Assembly: GCA_938091805.1 (NCBI GenBank)
Contig: CALKGV010000027.1
Location: forward strand, 1-61,169
Reading direction: 5' to 3'
DNA length: 61,169 bases
From: an uncultured archaeon
Lineage (GTDB): Archaea > Thermoproteota > Bathyarchaeia > Bathyarchaeales > DTEX01
The notes under the pieces are model-generated. The model was not told the origin of the DNA and made no database searches. It saw only the letters and a program-made list of their open reading frames with translations. The position numbers and the translations under genes are program-made. Shown here piece by piece: positions 19,574 through 29,442 of this stretch; position 1 is the stretch's first letter, and each line of letters opens with the position of its first letter.

Positions 19574-20083
19574 GTGAAAGCTGAGATATGCCAGTTCTGT
19601 CTGAGAAGTGGGATACTATGTTCAAAATGTAAAGCGAAGTTAAGTAGGGGAGAAATTACCCCTCTAGATTTGGAAATCGCTCGCTTATTAGTTTCTATTG
19701 AAGATAAATATCCCATGCTTCAAGATGTATATTTCCATAAAGCCGTTGAGGCTGATGGGCTTCTCGCAATATTCGTCAAAAAGGGCGATATGAATAAAAT
19801 ATTGAGTTATGGAGGAAAAATAATCAGGTTTTTGGAGAATAAAACTGGAAAAGCAGTTCGCGTATTGGAATATAACACTGATGAAAGGAAGTTTTTGGAG
19901 GATCTCTTCGCACCATTAAGCATATTAACTATAAATAGGATTTGGCTGCCCGATGGGTCGGTTGAGACGAGGGTTATCCTTAAAGGGAAGGGTGGAAAAA
20001 AGGTTCTAGCAAATGTGGATGCGTTAAAGGAGATTGCTAAAAAAGTTAGGGGAACAATTCTTAGAATTGAATTTGCTGATTGA
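19574..20083 (+). CDS. Archaeal NusA-like KH-domain protein
   Basis: ICQFC..SGILCSKC N-terminus, KH-like GGKII, INRIWLPDG. Confidence 0.75.
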   Translation: MKAEICQFCLRSGILCSKCKAKLSRGEITPLDLEIARLLVSIEDKYPMLQDVYFHKAVEADGLLAIFVKKGDMNKILSYGGKIIRFLENKTGKAVRVLEYNTDERKFLEDLFAPLSILTINRIWLPDGSVETRVILKGKGGKKVLANVDALKEIAKKVRGTILRIEFAD

Positions 20084-20097
20084 CGGTGACGCAGCGG

Positions 20098-21408
20098 ATG
20101 AAAAATGAAAATTGGAAGCGGACCCACTATACAATGGAGATAACGCCCAATATGGATGGTGAAGAGGTTGTTCTCACTGGCTGGATAAAGGAAATTAGGG
20201 ATTTAGGCGGCATAAAGTTTCTCATTTTAAGGGATAAGGAGGGAACCCTGCAGATTACTGTGCCAAAGGACGAGGTGGATGAGCTCACGCTTAAGCATGC
20301 GGAAAGCCTACAGCGTCAAGACTGCGTAAGCATTAGAGGGGTCGTTAAGAGAATGGATAAGGCCCCTAGGGGCGTTGAGATCATACCTAAAAACATAATT
20401 ATCCTCAACACGGCTAAGCAACCGCTTCCGTTAGATATTACTGGCAAAACTCCCGCAGACATAGATGTTAGGCTTGATGCTAGGGTGCTGGATCTCACTC
20501 GCGATGAGAATCGCGCAGTTTTCCAGATTCGACATGTGATTCTGGAAGCTATAAGGGACTTTCTTTCAAAAAACGGCTTCATAGAAATTCATACGCCTAA
20601 AATAATCGCGTCCGCAACCGAGGGCGGCGCTAACCTTTTCCCTGTAATGTACTTTGAGCGTGAGGCTTTTTTGGCGCAAAGCCCACAATTATATAAGGAG
20701 CAACTCGTAATAGATTTCGAAAAGGTTTATGAGATAGGTCCAACATTTAGGGCTGAGAAATCCCATACTAGGCGGCATCTAACGGAATTTACATCCATAG
20801 ATATTGAAGCAGCCTTCGCAACCGCTGAGGACGTGATGGAGATCGCTGAAAGATTAATACAGCATGTATGTAAAATGGTTGTTGAGAAATGCTGCGAAGA
20901 CCTAAAGACGCTGAAATATAAGGTTGAGGTTCCGGAGATGCCGTTTAAGCGGCTAACTTACGATGAGGTTATAAACGAGTTGAAGGACGCGGGGATAAAA
21001 ATTAATTGGGGCGAAGATATACCGACGATTGCTTACCGGACTCTTGGCAGACTGCACCCATACTTCTACTTTATAATTGATTGGCCGACAAGCATAAAGC
21101 CGTTTTATATAAAGCCTAGAGATGACAAACCTGAGTTAAGCGAGGGCTTTGACTTAATGTGGCATTGGATTGAAGTTGCCTCCGGTGGAACGCGCATACA
21201 TGATAAAGATCTTCTTATTAAGAGGCTGAGAGAGCAGAATCTGAATCCGGAATCCTTCAGGTTCCATCTGCAAGCCTTTGACTACGGTATGCCGCCTCAC
21301 GCTGGCTGGGCTATAGGACTTGAACGTCTAGTGATGATGCTGACTGGCGTGAGAAATATAAGAGAGGCAGTTTTATTCCCAAGGGATAGATTTAGGCTAA
21401 CCCCGTGA
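20098..21408 (+). CDS. aspS: Aspartyl-tRNA synthetase (probably non-discriminating)
   Basis: RTHY, OB-fold anticodon domain, LAQSPQLYK, FRAEKS..RHLTEF, GMPPHAG, FPRD. Confidence 0.97.
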   Translation: MKNENWKRTHYTMEITPNMDGEEVVLTGWIKEIRDLGGIKFLILRDKEGTLQITVPKDEVDELTLKHAESLQRQDCVSIRGVVKRMDKAPRGVEIIPKNIIILNTAKQPLPLDITGKTPADIDVRLDARVLDLTRDENRAVFQIRHVILEAIRDFLSKNGFIEIHTPKIIASATEGGANLFPVMYFEREAFLAQSPQLYKEQLVIDFEKVYEIGPTFRAEKSHTRRHLTEFTSIDIEAAFATAEDVMEIAERLIQHVCKMVVEKCCEDLKTLKYKVEVPEMPFKRLTYDEVINELKDAGIKINWGEDIPTIAYRTLGRLHPYFYFIIDWPTSIKPFYIKPRDDKPELSEGFDLMWHWIEVASGGTRIHDKDLLIKRLREQNLNPESFRFHLQAFDYGMPPHAGWAIGLERLVMMLTGVRNIREAVLFPRDRFRLTP

Positions 21409-21416
21409 AGAAGATA

Positions 21417-22637
21417 TTAACTTGGCGGAGGACGCGCCTCTAACCTAACTGGCAGAGTTAATTTTTCATTGCCCCTAATTATTGTCACATTAATTGTTTG
21501 CCCCGGCACCGTATTTTCCTCCAGATATGACGAAAGATCATCTATGCCAACTATTCTCTTATCGTTTATGGCTATGATTATGTCTCCGCCGATTGTTATT
21601 CTTTCACCGGCTATGTAAGCGAGCGTTGTTCCACCTCTTAAACCGGCTTTATCCGCCGGTCCGCCGTTTATGACCTTCGTTATTAACCATCCATATGTTA
21701 CATTAGTATTCATAGCCTTCGCGATTTCATAGGTCATGTCGATCCCGAATGCACCAAGCCACGGATGCTTGTTATATGAACCCTCAGTTACTAAGGACTC
21801 TATCTCCCGCAATATTGTGTTGGACGGTATGGCGAAACTTATGCCTTGGGAGCCGCTAACTATAGCCGTTGTTATCCCAACAACTTGGCCATCATGATTC
21901 AGTAACGGTCCGCCTGAATTGCCCGGATTTAAGGGCGCCGTGGTCTGTATGACGTTGGCTATTGGGTATCCGCCCGTTGTTTCCCCAGTTATCGTTCTTC
22001 CTAAGGCGCTGACTACGCCAACGCTCATTGAGCCGGTTAATCCAAATGGGCTTCCAATAGCTATAACTAGGTCGCCAACTTTGAGATTTGAGGAGCTAGC
22101 TATCTCAAGCGGGTAATATTCGTTTTCAGGGGCACTGGCTGAAAGCACCGCTAAATCAGCGTATGGATCGGAACCAAGCAAATATGCTGCATATCCATTT
22201 CCATTAGCAAAGGTTACAGTAATATTTACCGCGGTGCTAACTACATGGTAGTTTGTAATTATTACCATTCGACCGGTAAAGTTGTAAACGAAACCGGAGC
22301 CCTGAACTTGCCCTACATAGTAGGGTCGCCCAAATATGTCGTAACGTAATATCAATCCCCTCACTACAACAATGGAGTTTTTAACCCGCTCATAGAGCTC
22401 CGTAAGCGAAATGTTTCTCTCTAGGACGAAAACCGTAGCATTTTGAGTTGAGGCGCTCAGTGATTCTAAAGAGGAGTTCAGTCTCGAGAGGTCGTCTTTG
22501 AATTTTTGAATCTGGCTTTCCAGATCATTGATTCTTCTCGAAGCCGACATGTAGCCAACTGAGTAACCGAGAATTACGGCGAAAAATAGGCTTAATACGA
22601 CTATGGCGAGGAGAACGGTTAACTCGCCGATATTCAT
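21417..22637 (-). CDS. HtrA/DegP-like membrane-anchored serine protease with PDZ domain
   Basis: N-terminal TM and coiled coil, GSGF, TNYHVV, DLAV, NPGNSGGPL, PDZ (GPADKAGLRGG). Confidence 0.93.
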   Translation of the reverse strand: MNIGELTVLLAIVVLSLFFAVILGYSVGYMSASRRINDLESQIQKFKDDLSRLNSSLESLSASTQNATVFVLERNISLTELYERVKNSIVVVRGLILRYDIFGRPYYVGQVQGSGFVYNFTGRMVIITNYHVVSTAVNITVTFANGNGYAAYLLGSDPYADLAVLSASAPENEYYPLEIASSSNLKVGDLVIAIGSPFGLTGSMSVGVVSALGRTITGETTGGYPIANVIQTTAPLNPGNSGGPLLNHDGQVVGITTAIVSGSQGISFAIPSNTILREIESLVTEGSYNKHPWLGAFGIDMTYEIAKAMNTNVTYGWLITKVINGGPADKAGLRGGTTLAYIAGERITIGGDIIIAINDKRIVGIDDLSSYLEENTVPGQTINVTIIRGNEKLTLPVRLEARPPPS

Positions 22638-22842
22638 CCTCTTCCACTGTGGATCCGTAATCCCTCACCTCGATTCATACCGATTTAGATTTCTCGCTCC
22701 TCAATTTGGAGGAAGATTTCAAAGCCTATAAAGGTTTTTCAGAATTGAATCAAAATTATATAATGCGAGGGAAATAACTGTTCAGAATCATGAGGCACTC
22801 TTGAGCGCAGTTTAAGGCTTAATGTCTCGGAGCTGAAAAATA

Positions 22843-23166
22843 ATGGTTTACAGCGCCCGCGAGTTAAAATATCTACTCGGCTGGCTTATTGCGGGGACTA
22901 GGGGAGGCGCCATGAGGGCCCGAATAATTGCGGCTCTGAAGGAGGCTCCTAGAAATGCAAATCAGCTCGCGAATATTCTCGGCGTGGACTATAGGACCAT
23001 AAGGCATCATATTGAAATCCTTGAGAAAAACAAAATGATAGTCTCTGCCGGTGACAAGTATGGCGTCACCTATTTTCTCTCTCCCATTATGGAGGAGAAC
23101 TACGCATTGTTTGAGGAGATTTGGAAGAAATTTGGAGAAAAAGAGAAAAAGGAGGAAGGAAATTGA
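22843..23166 (+). CDS. ArsR-type winged-helix transcription regulator
   Basis: WLIAGTRGG..R.RII, NANQLA..LGVDYRTIRHH. Confidence 0.88.
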   Translation: MVYSARELKYLLGWLIAGTRGGAMRARIIAALKEAPRNANQLANILGVDYRTIRHHIEILEKNKMIVSAGDKYGVTYFLSPIMEENYALFEEIWKKFGEKEKKEEGN

Positions 23167-23729
23167 TTGATAAGATGGATAAGGATAGGAGAATAGCGCT
23201 TATAATTGTAGTTTTGTTAGCGGTAGCAGTTCTCTCAACTTTATGGAGCCTATATGTGACTGGCGTTCCGTTAGAGCGTCAAATCATGAGGAGACGCTGG
23301 GGTCTTACGGAGGGTCAAATGGGTGAGATTGAGCAGATAATAGAGAAATATCATAGAGGTGAAATCGGCTTAAGCGATCTTAGAAGGGTTTTGTGGTCAA
23401 GATTTAGTGAGTGGGGAATGGTTCCCCCACCGCCCATGTTGGATTTAGAATTATTCTACATCGTTAAGACAGTTATCTCCTCAGTTAACATTGCGATCGT
23501 GTTAATACTGCTGCTCATATACATGAACATATACCGTAAAACAAAAACCAACTTTACAATTGGACTGATAATATTCTCGCTTATACTTCTATTATACACT
23601 GTTTCTTCAAACCCAATTCTACAAACAATTTTCGGATATAGGGCATTCGGACTCGGCCCCTTCGCCATGCTGCCGGATGCATTCGCATTCATCGCCCTCC
23701 TAGTCCTACTATACCTCAGCCTCAAATAG
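23163..23729 (+). CDS. Membrane protein (partner of the wHTH regulator)
   Basis: About 4 TM segments; Y..IY.KTK.NFT.GL motif; start uncertain (23121/23163/23176). Confidence 0.65.
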   Translation: MIDKMDKDRRIALIIVVLLAVAVLSTLWSLYVTGVPLERQIMRRRWGLTEGQMGEIEQIIEKYHRGEIGLSDLRRVLWSRFSEWGMVPPPPMLDLELFYIVKTVISSVNIAIVLILLLIYMNIYRKTKTNFTIGLIIFSLILLLYTVSSNPILQTIFGYRAFGLGPFAMLPDAFAFIALLVLLYLSLK

Positions 23730-23848
23730 GAAAAAGTAGGCTGAGCGCTTAATTATCTTGGTTCTTCCCTAACTAGGAATCAATTTTGATGTAATTCTGA
23801 AAAACCCTTTTATACACTGGCCCACTTCATGCTTCGTGGTGAAGCGGA

Positions 23849-24385
23849 TTGAGGAGGACGATTCTGCCGGCTGTTTTAGGCTTAGCTGCATTAAGCGCTG
23901 TAATAGTCTCAGCGTATGGTGTCTTAGCATGGTATGGTGGTTATCCGAGGATAACCAGAGGGTGGGTTGAGCGTGGATCTACGTCTGTTTCAGCGGAGCC
24001 CCCATGTATCAGCGATGCGCAGAATTTCACGTGGGCTTTCAGACACAGCTGGAGATGGGCTCTGGGAAACAAATATTGTAGAGGGTTTGTGATAGAGTTA
24101 AGTGAGGGATTTAGGGAGAGGATTTTGAAGATAGCGAGCAGCGACACTGATGTTAAGAATCTTCTCAGCGAAGGCTATAATGTAAGTGACGTTAAAGTAA
24201 TTCACATGAAGTTCACAGTTCAAGAGAATGGGCAAATCATTATGGAATCTGATAAAGTCCTGTTAACGCTAATTAATGGCGAAGGCAGCAGAGCTTTTGT
24301 GGAAATAGACTTAAAGGCTGAAAAAGTTACGAAAATAACCATAGTGAACATGGCTGTAATTAATAAAAGCACATCGACGACGTAA
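23849..24385 (+). CDS. Secreted/membrane-anchored hypothetical protein
   Basis: Signal-like N-terminus; GGTGA RBS upstream. Confidence 0.6.
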   Translation: MRRTILPAVLGLAALSAVIVSAYGVLAWYGGYPRITRGWVERGSTSVSAEPPCISDAQNFTWAFRHSWRWALGNKYCRGFVIELSEGFRERILKIASSDTDVKNLLSEGYNVSDVKVIHMKFTVQENGQIIMESDKVLLTLINGEGSRAFVEIDLKAEKVTKITIVNMAVINKSTSTT

Positions 24386-24426
24386 ACCACCTTTCCCTTT
24401 TTCTGATTGTTGGAGGTAGGCTGTGA

Positions 24427-25692
24427 ATGTTTTCCTGGAGCTTGGCGGTTAGGAACCTGAAGAGGCGGAGGTTAAGAACCGCCCTAACAGCATCGGGCAT
24501 AGTTGTCGGTATAAGCATGATGTTCATTCTGTTATCTCTGGTCTCCGGCATGGAGACCCAGGCGAGAAGTATGGTTCGAGCTTTAGGAGGAGCCGACATA
24601 ACCGTTTCCAACTCTACATCATTTAGGGATAGGATGGGTGGTGGAGGATTCTTCGGCGCCCTGCCAAGCCCCAGCACATTGGATGCTTCGATAGCGGAGA
24701 CTATAAGCGGGATTCCAGGGGTATATGCTGTCTCCCCTCAATTTTCATTCAGCGGATCCATTAATAGCAGAAGGGTTACAGTGTATGGTATTGAACCGCC
24801 GCTATTTGAGGTGGTCACTGGCGGACTAAATATTGTTGAGGGAAGGTTCCTCTCGGAAAACAGCTATGGAGAGATCGTTATGGGAAAGGCGCTAATGGAA
24901 ATCCTAAATCTAACATTGGGACAAACAGTTAGTCTCAGCGCAAGTCAGGAGGAAGAAGAGCGAATATTCGCTGTGGTCGGCGTATTCGAAACTGGAATGA
25001 TCTTTCAGGAGTATGTGGGCTACATTTCATTAGCCGATGCGCAGAATATTACCGGTGAATATGGACTTGTGACGCAAATACTCGTAAAATGCGAGGATCC
25101 CTCCATGGTCAGCGATGTCGCATCCTTAATATCATCAACTGTGCCGGGCGTTAGGGTTACAACGCCTACAGCCGCCATTCAGCAGGCAAGCCAGATGCTG
25201 AACACTTTAACAATGTTCTTTGCCACAATTGGTCTAGTGGCTTTGTTTGCTGGCAGCTTCGGTGTTACTAACACGATGATCATGTCTGTGACTGAGAGGA
25301 CCCGTGAGATCGGCGTCTTAAAGGCTATAGGCGCAAAGAACCATGATATAATGAAGATTTTCCTTGTGGAGTCTCTGCTGATTGGATTAATAGGCGGTGG
25401 CGTCGGCGTGGCTGTTGGAAGCATACTCGCATACGCATTTCCAATGTTAACCTCTGGACTATTCGCAGCTGGGGCTTCGCCGTTCGGGATGAGAAATCCG
25501 TTCTCCAGCGCGGTTAACCCGGAATTGGGCGGTAGGGCGACATCACCAATCATGTTTGCAACACCAGCAATAACGCCCCTGAACATCACAATATGCTTCT
25601 CTCTAGGGGCATTAGTCGGCATCCTAGCCGGGCTTTATCCAGCCTGGCGTGCTTCAAGGATGAAGCCCGTGGAGGCGCTTCGGCATGTCTAA
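24427..25692 (+). CDS. MacB/FtsX-type ABC transporter permease
   Basis: RNLKRRRLRTALT, VTERTREIGVLKAIGA, GLYPAWRASRMKPVEALR. Confidence 0.93.
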   Translation: MFSWSLAVRNLKRRRLRTALTASGIVVGISMMFILLSLVSGMETQARSMVRALGGADITVSNSTSFRDRMGGGGFFGALPSPSTLDASIAETISGIPGVYAVSPQFSFSGSINSRRVTVYGIEPPLFEVVTGGLNIVEGRFLSENSYGEIVMGKALMEILNLTLGQTVSLSASQEEEERIFAVVGVFETGMIFQEYVGYISLADAQNITGEYGLVTQILVKCEDPSMVSDVASLISSTVPGVRVTTPTAAIQQASQMLNTLTMFFATIGLVALFAGSFGVTNTMIMSVTERTREIGVLKAIGAKNHDIMKIFLVESLLIGLIGGGVGVAVGSILAYAFPMLTSGLFAAGASPFGMRNPFSSAVNPELGGRATSPIMFATPAITPLNITICFSLGALVGILAGLYPAWRASRMKPVEALRHV

Positions 25693-26365
25693 GTTGATTG
25701 TTAGGACTATTGATTTAAGTAAGGTTTATAGGCGGGGAAAGGTTAACGTCCCAGCTCTGAACAACGTTAACCTCCAAGTCTCTTCAGGCGAGATAGTTGG
25801 CATTATGGGTCCGTCAGGGTCGGGCAAGACGACTCTTCTGAACATTATAGGTGGATTAGATAAGCCGACTCAGGGTAAAATCTTCGTTGACGGTGTAGAT
25901 ATAACATCGCTTAACGAGAAAGATCTAGCTGATTATAGACTTAAAAAAGTAGGCTTCATCTTCCAATTTTATAATCTCATACCAATACTGACGGCTCTGG
26001 AGAACGTTGAGATACCGTTAGCATTGATGGGGGCGCCTAAAGATGAGAGGCGGGAGAGAGCGCTCAGCCTCCTAAGGGTGGTTGGCTTAGAGAATAGGGC
26101 TGACCATAAGCCCGATGAACTGAGCGGCGGCGAGCAGCAGCGTGTAGCCATAGCCAGAGCCCTAGCGAACAACCCCTCCATAGTTTTGGCTGACGAGCCG
26201 ACAGGCGATTTGGACTCTAAGTCGGCTATGGCATTTATGAAGATTGTTAGGGATCTGAATAGGAGGAACAATCAGACATTCATTATAGTGACTCATGATC
26301 CGCTTGTTGTTGAACAATGCACAAAAATCTACACAATTAGAGATGGTCGGGTAGAATCGGCATAG
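25685..26365 (+). CDS. LolD/MacB-type ABC ATP-binding protein
   Basis: GPSGSGKTT, LSGGEQQRVAIARAL, LADEPTG. Confidence 0.95.
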   Translation: MSKLIVRTIDLSKVYRRGKVNVPALNNVNLQVSSGEIVGIMGPSGSGKTTLLNIIGGLDKPTQGKIFVDGVDITSLNEKDLADYRLKKVGFIFQFYNLIPILTALENVEIPLALMGAPKDERRERALSLLRVVGLENRADHKPDELSGGEQQRVAIARALANNPSIVLADEPTGDLDSKSAMAFMKIVRDLNRRNNQTFIIVTHDPLVVEQCTKIYTIRDGRVESA

Positions 26366-26397
26366 CAAATAACTGGCGCTCTTTTTAGTCCAGTTTT

Positions 26398-26760
26398 CTA
26401 AGATATTTTTGATGAAACCTTCGGCAGAACATATGAGAGCACGAAGGCTAGGGTAAAAAGCACCAAAATCAAAATTGTGAGAATCATGAGGATTAAATCG
26501 CCGCTCACTGCATACCCATAAATAACGGCTCCAAGAGCAGCAGCTCCGGAAATAACCTCTATAAACCTCTTACTTTTTGAATCTCTTCTAACATAAAGTG
26601 TTGAAATTAGACTTATTGACGCAAACATGAAGGATGCGCCGAAAACTATTCCAACGATGCTCTTTTCAAATAATCCTCTCACAAGCCATAAAAGACCAAG
26701 CGCGATGAAAAGAGTACCTTGAACCCAAGCCCGTTTATCCTCATCAACCATTGGGATCAA
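26398..26760 (-). CDS. Hypothetical membrane protein
   Basis: 120 aa, about 4 hydrophobic helices. Confidence 0.6.
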   Translation of the reverse strand: MIPMVDEDKRAWVQGTLFIALGLLWLVRGLFEKSIVGIVFGASFMFASISLISTLYVRRDSKSKRFIEVISGAAALGAVIYGYAVSGDLILMILTILILVLFTLAFVLSYVLPKVSSKIS

Positions 26761-26824
26761 CCTAATTTTTCACATGATTACTAATAAATTTTTAGTTAAT
26801 GAATCACTCGTTGATCTGACTATT

Positions 26825-28198
26825 TTAGAAACCACTTTTTATTAATTGCCGGTCTGTTGAGGGCTTCATGAATTCCCTCAGAAGTATTGTTGCATACCCG
26901 CCTTTATGCAATGTGAAGCGGAATTTAACTGAGCTTTTCAATGGCTCAATTTTATCTTTAGAAATTTCGAAGCTAAAATCCATTATTTTCGCCAGCGCCG
27001 CCCTTAAGCCGCCTGGTATGTCAACCTTAATCATATGGGCGTTTCTAAAGTTCTCTTGCTTTAATCCCTCCTTTTCCAGAATCTCCCTTTCAATTTCGCC
27101 TTGCAACCCGCCTGATAGATGCTGCTTAAGTCCAATCAGCGGTATCGCAATGGCCATTTTCCCTTTCTTAATCTCCTTATTAACCAGTGAGATGTTGCTT
27201 AACTCAACTTTGATGAAGTTCTTCATCGGCATCCCTAAGCCATCAAGCTCTAAAACATAATCGCCTACATGCGCCTCCTTAAGGGGTATCCCACGCTTAA
27301 TTCTCTCACTTAAAATCTTGTTAAATAGAAAGGATTGATATGCTTGAACAAGAAGTTTACGAAGATTTAGTGGAAGCTTGTTTAAGGCTCCCAGAAAGTC
27401 ATTTGGGCTTCTTGAGAGGTGGGCAAGCATAAGTCTCTCATAAGTGAAGTTTTCGGGAAACTTTTTCAAGATCCTCCTGAAATCCATCGTCTCATTAATT
27501 TCCCTTCTCAGCATCCTAACCTTAGGGTTTTCAAATGGGCTTTCAAATGTTAGGAATGTTAGCACAGCGCTCTTAAAGTCGCCTTTAACTATGTGTCTCC
27601 CAACAACATGCGTTATAGGTCTGACGGTTCCAAACCTTTGATGCCCGAAGAAGCTGGGAACTCCACCGAAATCCGCTAGTTCATCGTTAATTCTCCTTAT
27701 TCTCCTCAGCACCGTTGATTCTTTAAGCCTTATTGAATTGACGGTTATTGTAAATTTGTTACCGAATAGTTTTTTAGATGATATATAATCGTTTGAGAAG
27801 CCAAGAGGCTTAACATATATATTTTTCAGGCATATGCCTGAAATTCTCTCAGCCGGCATCCCGCCTATACTTATATACTGCGCCGTTAGGGCTTCAGCGT
27901 CTTTTATTCCAGCGAATCCTATTCTATCTAGGCTTATACCTAATGCTCTCGCTATCTTTTCAACCGCAAGCAGTGTATCCCATTCCCTCTTAATTAAAAT
28001 ACATATAAGATAGCGCCCACGCTCATTTAGAACCGCACTATTTTCCTCCGGATGAACAGATGCCTTCGTCCCGTCTAGAAGGATCTCTTCAACGATGAAA
28101 TCCTCAATAGAACGCTTTATTACGCCGCCTAAACCGCTGGTTTTTGAGGCGTAAACCTCCATGCCGATTCCAACTTCAATCCTTGATATATTAGGCAT
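26825..28198 (-). CDS. truD: tRNA pseudouridine(13) synthase
   Basis: EDFIVEE, FAGIKD, GNKFTI, FGHQRFG, AYQSFLFN, GGYATILLRE. Confidence 0.96.
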   Translation of the reverse strand: MPNISRIEVGIGMEVYASKTSGLGGVIKRSIEDFIVEEILLDGTKASVHPEENSAVLNERGRYLICILIKREWDTLLAVEKIARALGISLDRIGFAGIKDAEALTAQYISIGGMPAERISGICLKNIYVKPLGFSNDYISSKKLFGNKFTITVNSIRLKESTVLRRIRRINDELADFGGVPSFFGHQRFGTVRPITHVVGRHIVKGDFKSAVLTFLTFESPFENPKVRMLRREINETMDFRRILKKFPENFTYERLMLAHLSRSPNDFLGALNKLPLNLRKLLVQAYQSFLFNKILSERIKRGIPLKEAHVGDYVLELDGLGMPMKNFIKVELSNISLVNKEIKKGKMAIAIPLIGLKQHLSGGLQGEIEREILEKEGLKQENFRNAHMIKVDIPGGLRAALAKIMDFSFEISKDKIEPLKSSVKFRFTLHKGGYATILLREFMKPSTDRQLIKSGF

Positions 28199-28211
28199 AA
28201 TGCAGCATCCT

Positions 28212-28601
28212 TTAGTAAAGCGTAAGGCTTCCAGTAATTTTATCTATGAGGTTTGAAGGCGCCGGACCTATGCCTAGAACAGTTATTGTGCCGGGCTTAA
28301 GCTCCGTCAAACCCATATCTGAAATTAGAGCTGTTGGAAGATTAAGATCCTTAGACTTTCTCTCTAGTTCTATGAGTTCGGCTTCGGAGTTCACTTTTAA
28401 GGCTATTTTGCATTGTCCGCTCTCGATCCATTCCTTCCACCATAAGAAATGATTTCTCCTAGCCTCCTCAGCCGATGAAACAGCTGCGTGGCTCGCCTGA
28501 ACAGCTGCCTTGCCGGGGCTCATCTTTAAATCGGCTCTAAGCACTATTACCTGCTTAATTTTGAAGTTCGACAATGTTTTAATCCTCTCTGCCCTAAACA
28601 T
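28212..28601 (-). CDS. pth2: Peptidyl-tRNA hydrolase Pth2
   Basis: KQVIVLRADLKMSPGKAAVQASHA, DMGLTE, LGIGPAP. Confidence 0.95.
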   Translation of the reverse strand: MFRAERIKTLSNFKIKQVIVLRADLKMSPGKAAVQASHAAVSSAEEARRNHFLWWKEWIESGQCKIALKVNSEAELIELERKSKDLNLPTALISDMGLTELKPGTITVLGIGPAPSNLIDKITGSLTLY

Positions 28602-28858
28602 TTTTACAGCGGCTTAAGATCGCATCAGAATAGCTCCTGCTCCCTTCTCTTTAACTTTTTCCCAGCGTCAGAATATTAATGCACATGTAGATTGGCATAT
28701 TAGAAACTGATATTTAAGCATCGATGAAAAGTATTGCAAAGAGAGGAGATTCTGTTGATACCTCTTTATTATAAAAAAGCATCTAGCCCTTTGAAACATA
28801 AAAAATATTATGGTGACAAGTTATCTTCTTATCATAATCTTCATATGAGGTATATTCT

Positions 28859-29392
28859 ATGAGCTGGGACGCGCGCTGGAGAGTGTTGGCGAACGCAATT
28901 ACTGATCTACGTAGAAGTGGTGTAAGTATACCGCCAAATGTTATTAGAGATTTACGCTCAGCAAAAACAATAATGGAAATTATTAAGGTTGATATGTCCC
29001 GCCCGGAACATATTTCCCGCCTTGAAGAATGCCTAGGTAGTATTGAATCTTATGTTCTTTCAACGGCTGAAAGCAGGCTTGGGTCGAGTTATGTAAATGC
29101 CTTATTAAGGAAACTCCACGAGGTGGAAAGAATCCGTGTTCAGGCTGAGATAGAAACCCAAGCGGGTTTTCATCCAGGCCTTCCAAGAGAAAAGAAGTGG
29201 TTAAGAATTCAGGTCAGCAATGAGATTCCAGTTGAAACGATTAGAAATATTGCCGATGAAACCGGCTTGGAATCTAGGATTCAGGAGGACGGATACGTGC
29301 TTATATTTGGTGAAGAAGAGAAAATTAAGGTTTTCATTAAAAGAATGGCCGAAATATCCCGCGCTATCAGAGGAAGCAGCCCTACGGATTAA
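28859..29392 (+). CDS. DUF2096-like conserved archaeal protein
   Basis: W.VL...TDLR..G..IP..V..DLRSAKT; GLPR..KW.RI C-terminal domain. Confidence 0.65.
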   Translation: MSWDARWRVLANAITDLRRSGVSIPPNVIRDLRSAKTIMEIIKVDMSRPEHISRLEECLGSIESYVLSTAESRLGSSYVNALLRKLHEVERIRVQAEIETQAGFHPGLPREKKWLRIQVSNEIPVETIRNIADETGLESRIQEDGYVLIFGEEEKIKVFIKRMAEISRAIRGSSPTD

Positions 29393-29442
29393 ATGCAAGA
29401 GAGGGGATTTGATGAAGAACTGAGGAGGGAAAAAGCCTAGGG

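Noticed and set aside
29400..29430. TGATGA..CTGA as a C/D box sRNA
   Set aside because: Only 4 nt between the boxes and no second box pair or guide region.
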